The translations under genes were made by a program, and so were the position numbers. From NCBI GenBank assembly GCA_964016885.1, contig OZ024743.1:235848001-235912000 (forward strand): a stretch of DNA of 64,000 nt, read 5' to 3'. The stretch's first letter is position 1; the number at the start of each line of letters is the position of its first letter. The stretch is from Eledone cirrhosa. Lineage: Eukaryota. Of this stretch, positions 52,762 through 64,000 are shown in pieces. The notes under the pieces were generated by a model. That model did not search any database and was not told the DNA's origin. It worked only from the letters and a program-made list of their open reading frames with translations.

Positions 52762-53231
52762 CATACATATATATATCGTCACTAGCCCCGTTTTTTCCTC
52801 ATGTGCTTTTTCATAAATACACATGAAGGCGAACTAGCCAGTTTTAGAATTCCCTTTTTCGGATTATATTACTGTGAGAGCCCTGGTTTTCTGTTGAGCT
52901 CTGCTGATGAATGAAATTCCAACCGTGACCATCTCCACTGAAAGTTTTCATGAAATAGTCTTTTAAGACTATACAGAGCATTTGATGTTATTCCAAATTG
53001 AAGGATAAGTGTTTCAAACTTTATTTTATCATGAGTTAAAGGTCTATAGATTTTTCCCTGGATTTTACTAAATTCTGTGGATGAATTTATATCCTGATTC
53101 TCTTTTGAGATGAGTTTGAGTTATTTTTCCTAAATCTTTCGTTAACTACTTTTCCCATCTTGACGTTATAGTCGCATATATGTTATAGAATGCCGTTAGC
53201 TTCTTGCTAAAACAATCTCTATACCTCTCAT

Positions 53232-55170
<1,939 letters not shown>

Positions 55171-55737
55171 TGGTGGCTGCCAACTCGTTTTCGAGTACGG
55201 CCACTACTTTATATCCATGTAGGAGAACCCCTACCGATGCGCTGAACGAGTGTGACTTTTGAGTCCAGCCAGCGACTTGAAAACTCTGGTACAAACACTA
55301 CACCTGTGACAATTATTGACACACAGTGCTGGGCCCATGGTACCATGTGATGACAAGTGCAGAGAGATCTCCAGATATAAAGCAATGCCTGTGCCGTGAA
55401 GCTTTTATAGTGAGCAAAGGCATTGCACAAAGCCAGTCCCACTCTCTTAACCAAGATGATATTTACCAAAAAGAAGAACAAGTCAACATCATTGGATACC
55501 ATCAGGGTTGCAGGTGTTATATCAGAGTTTTCCTTCTCCTAGAATTCTGCCTTGACAAAGGCTAAGGGGTCATCTCTCCCGGTGATTTTGGAAGGCCATT
55601 GACTCTTAAGAGCTCCTTTGCCCTTTGACATGTATCCCAGTACAACCTGTCTCATGGTCGGGTCGTTGGCGACTAAACTGGCAACCCCACCAAGGTTTCT
55701 TGGTGAGGAGGGTGACTTTGGACATCCTGCAGGACTA
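55171..55737 (-). mobile_element. Bipartite RTE-derived element, copy 2, with inverted 5' segment
   Basis: 55171-55630 is colinear with 44373-44832; 55652-55737 is the reverse complement of 44844-44929. Confidence 0.8.
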
Positions 55738-56222
55738 TATATATATACACACATACATACATATACACACATACATACATACATATACATATATATACAC
55801 ACATACATACATACATATATATACACACATACATACATACATATATATACACACATACATACATATATATACACACATACATACATACATATATATACAC
55901 ACACACATACATACATACATATACACACATACATACATACATATACACACATACATACATACATATACACACATACATACATACATATACACACATACAT
56001 ACATACATATACACACATACATACATACATATACACACATACATACATACATATACACACATACATACATATATATACACACATACATACATACATATAC
56101 ACACATACATACATATATATACACACATACATATATATACACACATACATACATATATATACACACATACATACATATATATACACACATACATACATAT
56201 ACACACATACATACATATACAC

Positions 56223-56271
<49 letters not shown>

Positions 56272-56330
56272 CATACATATATATATATATATACACACAT
56301 ACATACAAATATATATATACACATACACAT
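55738..56330. repeat. (CATA)n/(CA)/(TA) array
   Basis: Visible. Confidence 0.95.
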
Positions 56331-56804
56331 GTATTTGTTCAACAGGACTACATGCTACTACTGCCACCTTAACTGTTACTATAAGTACTACTACCACTAC
56401 AGTCTTACTACTGTTACTGCACTGTAAATAGATATTTCTCTTCTAACTCTTCAGTAAATTGGTAATATAACATCATAATTTTACATCAGCTTACTATTAT
56501 GGCGTGGGTTGGAGTTAGTTTTGATTCAGGGTTACTGTATTTCTAGAGAGGCCTACGTTCTGAGTTCAAATCCCGCCAAAGTCAGCTTTGCTTTTCATCT
56601 TTACTGGGTCAATAAAACTAATTTTCTTATTTCATGGTCTACTTTCACTTGTAAAAGCCGGGGCCTGACTTTTTAGGCATGGAGTGGCTCCACAATGTGT
56701 GAACATAGTAGCTTTGTGATATTGTAGTTACTAGTTACCATATCTTGCTTTATAAGTTCCATTCTTGGAATAATCCGACAACTTGATGTCCTTCCTAATA
56801 CCAA

Positions 56805-57146
56805 TTTACAGAGTGTACTGAGTGTATTTATAAAGACACTAGGGTCCTCTCTATACTATATTGTCTGGCTAGTTCACTAAACACTTTACAGAGTGTACTG
56901 GGTGTATTTATAAAGACACTAGGGTCCTCTCTGTACTACATTGTCTGGCTAGTTCACTAAATACTTTACAGAGTGTACTGGGTGTATTTATAAAAACACT
57001 AGCGTCCTCTCTGTACTATATTGTCTGGCTAGTTCACTAAACACTGTACAGAGTGTACTGGGTGTATTTATAAAGTCACTAGGGTCCTCTCTATACTATA
57101 TTGTCTGGCTAGTTCACTAAACACTGTACAGAGTGTACCAGGTGTA
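56805..57146. repeat. 80-bp tandem repeat (~4.3 units)
   Basis: TTTACAGAGTGTACTGGGTGTATTTATAAAGACACTAGGG... starting at 56805, 56885, 56965, 57045 and 57125. Confidence 0.92.
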
Positions 57147-57244
57147 TCATGGCAACAGCACTAAAGAAGTTATTGTACCTAAGTTGTCATGGCAACAGCA
57201 CAAAAGATGTTATGTCTTTGGCCACACTACATTATTATTATTAT

Positions 57245-57432
57245 TGGATTGGCAGTATCGGTAGAGGGTTGGATGTTATGCTTTGCAGCATAGAGTTACG
57301 GCCCTTTACAGTATGAGTTCAAATCCCGTCAAGGTTAACTTTGCCTTTCATCCTTACGGGGGTCGATAAAATAAAGTACCAGTAATGCACTGGGATAATT
57401 GGTGGCCTTGTGCCAAAAGTAGAAACAATTAT
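57245..57432 (+). mobile_element. SINE class 2 copy
   Basis: Matches 49665-49838. Confidence 0.75.
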
Positions 57433-57444
57433 TATCATCATTAT

Positions 57445-57995
57445 TAAAACCGTCCTCCATGCACTTGTCCACAATGTCTGAGTATTACTGACTTATGAAC
57501 TTATATTGAACTCCTGTCACCTGTAGGACCTATCTGGCTATCAACTGAGTCCTTGGTGAAGATCAACCCACTGTTTTAACCAAGAAGGACAGTTAGTTGT
57601 TATCTGTTTGACACTCATGACAAAGAGGTGAAGACAAACACTTGCATCTTTGGTGAAACACTGATTAACCTTTTCAGGATGAAGAGGGAAGTGTTGCTTT
57701 CCAACCAGTTTCAAAGGTGGGTCAGAGCTGAACATAACCTAGGTGAATGGGCCTGCTCTGAGTTTGCACCTTTAGATTGGAGGGGGACAATTGGGAGGGA
57801 GTTATTTGTTGTAGTGGGCAGTGTTACCATGTCTTTTTGTAGGATCTCTCTATGAGTGACCATCAGATATCTACCCCCCCCCCCTCTCATTGGGGAACTA
57901 AATTTTAGAATTTTTTCATGATTTTTTTTGTTTTCATTAGTTTTTTTTTTAATACAAGCCCCCCCCCCTCCCCATTGTATTGTACTCCCCCATCC
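57445..57995 (+). mobile_element. Old degenerate Tx1 3' end
   Basis: TVLHALVH, GPIWLSTESLVKI and RMKREVL...FQRWV align with the C-terminus of ORF 8787-10739; T-rich UTR follows. Confidence 0.7.
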
Positions 57996-57999
57996 TTAA

Positions 58000-58216
58000 C
58001 CCTTTAGCATTTAAACCGGCTGTATCTGGTCAGAATTTTCTCAACCCTTTCTGTTCAAACTGGCCATAGCCAGCTACTCATACTGATGTTAAGGTATTGT
58101 TTTCAAAATAAATATTAAAATCTCATAGTTTCGATATTATGTGAGATATTATGTAAAATAAAGTGTTTACCATGAAAATATAATAGTAAATCTAGAGTAA
58201 TGTGAATGCTAAAGGG
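58000..58216. mobile_element. piggyBac-type MITE
   Basis: TTAA-CCCTTTAGCATT...AATGCTAAAGGG-TTAA. Confidence 0.9.
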
Positions 58217-58227
58217 TTAAACCATAT

Positions 58228-58340
58228 CTGTAAGGATGAAAGACACAGCTAACCTCAGCAGGATTTAAACTCAGAGCATAAAGGGCTGTAACTCAATGCC
58301 ACAAGACACATCCGACGCTCTACCGATCCTGCCAACAATG
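58228..58340 (-). mobile_element. SINE class 2, 5' fragment
   Basis: AAGGATGAAAG...GGATTTAAACTCAG. Confidence 0.6.
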
Positions 58341-58497
58341 AACCAACCACCTGTACTATTATTATTATTATTATATAACAAAGAAAACAAATTATTCTCT
58401 ACAAATTTCTGTTTCTTAACTAAAACTGTAAACATTCTCGAAATAACAGTTTTGTTTATATTTAAATATTCTCGCTCTAATTAACCTTTTGAGATCT

Positions 58498-59010
58498 GAG
58501 GTGGGTGTGTTGGGAATATAAGGTTGGTGGTTGTTTTAGTGTGTAGTGGGGTGGGGGGTGGGGAGAGTGGGGAGTGTAAGAGAGGTGGTAGAGGGTGGTG
58601 GGTGTCAGCGAGGTGGGGAGAGATTGAGGAGATGGGGGACAGGTGGGGAAGATTGGGGAGAGTGGTGGGTGTGAGGGAGGTGTGGGAGTAGGAGAGGGGG
58701 AGTGAGAATGGTGGCAGAGAGGTGGGTGAGAGGGGGAGATGGAGGTGGGTGAGGGGGAGAGTGGGATAAGGAGGTGAGAGAGGTGGAAGAGGGGGATATG
58801 GGGGTGAGAGAGAGGACATAGAGGGGAGGGAATATAGGAGTATGAAAGAGAGAGAGTGAGAGCAGAAAGGATATGAGAGAGGGTGAATGTGGGAGGGAGT
58901 GTTTGAGGGAGGGAGGTGGTATGAGAGAAAGGGAAACAGTGTGTAAGAGAGATAGATGGGGAGGGAGAGAGAGAGAGATGGGGGATGGGGATGTTGATGT
59001 AGAGGGAGAT
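58498..59010. repeat. G/purine-rich low-complexity tract
   Basis: Many GG/GGG runs with GA repeats. Confidence 0.85.
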
Positions 59011-59101
59011 ATGTGTGATTTTAGTGGCTCTTTAATCTGGGATATATATATAGTTGTGTATGTGTCTGTGTGTCTGTACAGATGTATTTTTATGTGTAAT
59101 T

Positions 59102-59221
59102 TAATTGTTTCTACTTTTGGCACAAGGCCAGCAATTACCCAGAGCATTACTGGTACTTTATTTTATCGACCCCGTAAGGATGAAAGGCAAAGTTAACCTC
59201 GGCGGGATTTGAACTCAGAAT
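59102..59221 (-). mobile_element. SINE class 2 copy
   Basis: Reverse complement of about 49718-49836. Confidence 0.8.
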
Positions 59222-59766
59222 GGAGGGACATATCTAAGATTGTGTTGGGTATGTCCCATATTTATGAATGAAGACAATAAGCCTTATGTCCACCATACCT
59301 AGACATCAGATGTTATATACACACACAGACAGATATATATATACACACACACAGACATAAATATATACACACACAGACAGATATATATACATACACACTG
59401 ACATAAATATATACACACACTGAAATAGATATACACACACAAACACTGACATAAATACACACACACACACAGACAGATATGTACACACACACAAATATAT
59501 AGACACACAGACATAAATATATACATACACCCACACACACACACTGGCATATATATATACACACAGACATATATATATATATATATATTAAAATAACAGA
59601 TTAAAGTTTAAGCAAAGAACCGCTGCTTTCACTCTTAACGGGATCTTCTGAAACTTATCGAGACCTCTTTGAATTTTAGTCTTCACATAACAAAGGAATT
59701 GTGGTAAGGAACCAGATGGACCATAACGCACCAGAGTGCTCAATACTTAGGGCAGTAGAGTGGGAA

Positions 59767-59872
59767 ATAGGAAAAAGTATGACCCCGACGGCAGAGCTCA
59801 AGCCGTTTCTGAGTCCAGAAATAGCCGTCGAAACGGCTTGAGCTCTGCCGTCGGGGTCGTACTTTTTCCTAT
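59767..59872. repeat. GC-rich hairpin, 43-bp arms with a 20-nt spacer
   Basis: ATAGGAAAAAGTATGACCCCGACGGCAGAGCTCAAGCCGTTTC and its reverse complement, with one mismatch. Confidence 0.9.
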
Positions 59873-59907
59873 ATATATATATATATATATAAAGAGAGAG
59901 AGAGAGA

Positions 59908-60240
59908 CACATGGCTTAGTGGTTAGAGCATTGGCTTTGCAATCGAAAGATTGTGAGTTCAATTCTCAGACCAGGTGATGTGCTGTTTCCTTGAGCAAGA
60001 CACTTTATTTCACATTGCTCCAGTTTACTCAGCTGTAAAAATGAGATGATAGGACTGGGGTCCATATCATTCTAATGCAAAGTGGACGTGTTGGTGCCAC
60101 GGCAAAAAAAAGCACCCATCACTCACTGTAAATGAGATTGGTGTTAGGAAGGGCATCCAGCTGTAGAAATCAAGCCAGAATCAGTTCCCGTCCCACCCTT
60201 GCAAGCAGGGAAAAGCAGACGTAAAATGATGATGATGATG
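59908..60240 (+). mobile_element. Full-length CORE-like SINE with RTE family A terminus
   Basis: Same architecture as 3466-3852. Confidence 0.9.
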
Positions 60241-60650
60241 ATATATACACCAACATGTATACATGTGTCCTACTCATGCAAGCATGGTATAACAGAAGTG
60301 GTGGTGGTGGTGATGATGAATGGTTGTAGTAATAACACACACACCTGATGACAACACTGCGATATTCTGTAAATGTAAACAGTTACAATATCCCTGTAAA
60401 GTAAGGAGGTACTTAGAAATATACACATAGTTTTATACACACACACAAACCTACATACACGTACACACAATACTGTACATATGAAATGAACAATTTAATG
60501 AGGTTTATGTCATGTGATATGTAGAAATAAAAATAAAATATATTTAAATATAATAAAAATAAAACAGTAAGACAAAAACTGAAAATATTAGCAGAAATTA
60601 GTCACATATCTTGTTACTAATACTACTGATAATGTGTTGAGGATAAGTTA

Positions 60651-61272
60651 CCGTATTTCTGGTATATAATACCATCCCTATTTCTGAAGCTAAAATAAAT
60701 AACAGGAATAAAGTACACCTTGTGTATAATATGACCTCTGTTTCATAAGCTTAAATAAATACAGGAATAAAGTACATTCTTGTGTATAATATCAGCTCTG
60801 TTTCTGAAGCTAAAAAATGGAATAGACTATATTCTTGAGTATAATACAACTTTTGTTTCTAAAACTAAAAAAAAGAGAGAAAATCAAGAATAAATTACAT
60901 TCTTGTGTATAATATACCTCCAGAGTACAGTCATGGCTCTATAATTATCTTTTGTAAGCTGGTACCAAGTTATCCATCAACATCTCAACCACACACCTAT
61001 TTCACAATACTCAGTTTCTCATGAATATGAGATATTAAAGAATATAAAACAACAGGATTTTAACATTTAGTATAGAGTTAACTTATCCTACTTCCTGTTT
61101 CAAAAAAAGTTTTTAAATTTTCGGGGAAATATTTAAGGTATTAGACTTTTCTGTTTGAAAAGATATCATCTCTCTATATCAGTTATGGAAATAAAAATTT
61201 AGAAAACATACACTTGTGTATAAGACTCCCTTTTTAAAACTTAATTCTTGTATTATACATTAGAAAATACGG
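60651..61272. mobile_element. Tc1/mariner (Tc2/pogo-like) MITE with ~60-bp subterminal repeats
   Basis: TA-CCGTATTTCTGGTATATAATAC ... GTATTATACATTAGAAAATACGG-TA gives an imperfect ~22-bp TIR and a TA TSD; 4-5 internal repeats at about 60661-60918. Confidence 0.75.
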
Positions 61273-61450
61273 TAAATAATCTAAGATTCTAGAAGGAGCT
61301 GTTAATAAGACATACATGCTGTCTTGAAGACCATCAGTAATTACTAAGTAAAAGATAGAAATGAAATATAATTATAATTAATAAATAAATAAGAAATGTG
61401 GTTAAGAGTGGAAACACCTAGTATATCTCGTATATAATGTTTGTCTAGGA

Positions 61451-61800
61451 CAGGGGTCAGCAACATGTGGACCTTTGATGTGTTCGGAGGACCTCACACC
61501 TTTTTAACTGGCTCTTTTTGTATAGAAGATAATATACATGTCAGTTTACCATGGGCAAAACTATATATATATATAGGTGATTCAGTAAATTACTGGTACC
61601 AATTCGAGTACTTGGTGCACAGGCAGAGTTTATAGTAAGAAAAAAACATTGAAGTTTTGTTTACATATTTTTAATGATTATCAACCTGGGCTATTGTGGT
61701 GTATGCTGTGGGCCTCAGATTTTTCAAGTGTGTAAATATAAGCTATAACATATGGGCCTTTGAGGTGTTCTCTGTGGGCCTCAGACCTTTTCAAATTCTT
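61451..61800. mobile_element. Possible hAT/Charlie-like relic
   Basis: CAGGGGTCAGCAAC follows GTCTAGGA, and GTGGGCCTCAGA recurs internally; no right TIR found. Confidence 0.35.
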
Positions 61801-61816
61801 TACATGTAATCTCTGA

Positions 61817-62060
61817 ACACACGTGGCCTATTGATTAGGGTGTTGAGCTGATAATTGTAATGTAAACTCCCAGAGTGGGTGGCATATTGTATTCTTGAGC
61901 AAAACAAAAACATTTCATCTTGCTCCAGTACACACAGCTGAAAATGAGCATCAGCAATAACTGGGGGTAAAACCTACATGGAACATTGTTCTCATGGAGG
62001 AGGGGGGAACATTGTACTGTTAGTTGCTGAACGCCAATGAAACCAAGATAAAGACTGGCC
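61817..62060 (+). mobile_element. Old CORE-like SINE
   Basis: Degenerate head, then TTCTTGAGCAA...TTGCTCCAGT..ACAGCTGAAAATGAG. Confidence 0.6.
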
Positions 62061-64000
62061 TAATGACATTCCAGATTTGGAACAGACTTTTTTTTTTCAA
62101 TGAAAGAGGATAAAATATATATGGGCTGTGGACAAAAGCTAAAGTAAATTTTAAAAAGCCTTGAAAACTTGTCAATTACACTGAGTCGCTGATCTAGGAG
62201 ATTCAATAGGAAAGATGGCAAGATAAAAACAAATAAATCACATGATGGGTGAGTAGACCTACTTGTCCGGGTTTGTTCAGGAGTTTCCATAGCGGAATGA
62301 TTGGGGAGGATTCTTGTTTCCAGGCCTATTGTAACTATCTTAAAACTGGATCTCAGCCAAAATTTACAGAGAATATTTTTTTTTTGTTTTTTGTTTTTAT
62401 TTTGTTTTCTGTCTTAGAGGTCACCTAGGGTAAAAAACAAAAAAAAATGGGAGAAGAATAAAATATTTATATATATGTATATATATGTATGGACATCAAT
62501 ATTGGAGATTTAGGTTGGATAATTTTCATAAAGTAAGAAACTAGGAGTAATGAAACTTTGAAAACATTGCATGATATATATATACATATATATAAAAAAC
62601 AAAGAAAAAGTCACCAAGTTCAAGAGTTAATACATTATATATTTGATCTACATGTGTGTCTTTCCCTTCAGATATTGCTCACAATCTAAACTATAATAAA
62701 GTAAGGAGTGCGGGACTGTGTCCAGAATATATTTTTTTATCCCGTTTGTAAAATAAGTTGGATTACTTTGAATAAATAATGAATGAATATTACATAATTT
62801 ATCTACTAGATTTCGTGGCTGTTGATTAAATATAAATAATTTTGTGGGTTATTTTAAGATTCACTTCTTTAAAATTTTCAAATGTCAACACTTCCGGTCA
62901 GAGATCGCTTAAATAAACATTCATATATTTCCGTCACTAATTTTCTCCTAATGCAGTATATATATAATATCGCCTTTTTTTTAATGTATCATGGATTACG
63001 TTACTGATTACATAAAACAATGTAACGCAGTCTTCGTTCAATTTCTGTGTATATTGTCAATTACGATTTTATTTGATATATCATATCTACATGTATATAT
63101 ACTTGTGTATAATATCAATATGCACACTACACATGCTAGTATCCCTATAAACTTTCTAGAGTATTGTGCGTTTGAAAAAGATGAACTTATTGAGGTATTT
63201 ATATATTGGTTAATTCCGAGAAGTCCCATGAGGATGAAACATATGTAAATTAAATGATGATATAAATAACAGTGTTTGGTTATATATTTTCATGTAAAAG
63301 TTTGCACTACATGTGAATAGGCTTGCACATTAGGATTTGAATTGTATGTAGCTATGTGTACTGTTTATTGTAATAAATTATAGTATTTTGATGATATAAC
63401 TGTTTTACCTACATCTTTCCAGTTTTTATATTTGAAAACAAATTTCTTTATATATATATATATATTTAGGGTTAAATGACAAACTCCCAGGTCTTGATAA
63501 TTGTGCCATTAAAACAACAGGGATACATGGAATCTTATGTGAAACTGTTAAACTGCAGGACGTAAACAAATGGCTCCCCTTGTTTAAACAGTGTCAATGT
63601 GAAACAGGCACACACATAGATATACACATATTTATATATATATACATGATGGGTTGGTTTTAACACAGTATGTACAAACACATATGGTTGCTCCTCTGAT
63701 TTTCCCCCCTGTCATTTATCTTTCTTTTTCTTCTCTCTCCAACACCTCCCTCTCACCCATGTATTTATATTCCTCTCTATCTATCTTCAGTCTATCTATC
63801 TTTCCTCTCTATATTCCAATGAAGGACAACTTACAAAATGTTAAAATACTTTTCAAACTACAACTTTTAAACTAGTATACCATTACTGTAATGTACAGCA
63901 ATACTCATCTTTTTCCATTTCTTAGAGGGTTCTAAACCCCACTATCAGGCTAAAATTTCTTTAGAATACGGTGAAAGTTTCTATTTCTAATTTGCTCGCT

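Overview
AT-rich, gene-poor animal genomic DNA made almost entirely of repeats. The SINE and RTE families suggest an octopod cephalopod, but that is inference. No host protein-coding gene can be supported, and the long 'YIYI' ORFs are microsatellite artefacts. The window holds at least four RTE LINE families (about 14 copies or fragments; the RT of three families carries an inserted PHD-like finger), a young GC-rich Tx1/L1-clade LINE with a tandem second 3' copy and an older relic, and a Penelope-like (Naiad-type) RT/GIY-YIG element. It also holds a non-coding LTR element with two solo LTRs inside a 27/32-bp minisatellite, a 4.4-kb 43/40-bp satellite, two tRNA-derived SINE classes, piggyBac, Tc2 and hAT-like MITEs, and kilobase-scale (TA)n-derived arrays. 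Most notable are: four type I hammerhead ribozyme motifs arranged as two inverted pairs within about 0.8 kb; fold-back inverted duplications at (TA)n insertion sites; and a ~560-bp bipartite RTE-derived element with an HDV-like 5' motif, a 35-aa C2H2 micro-ORF, microsatellite tails and a 5' inversion in one copy.
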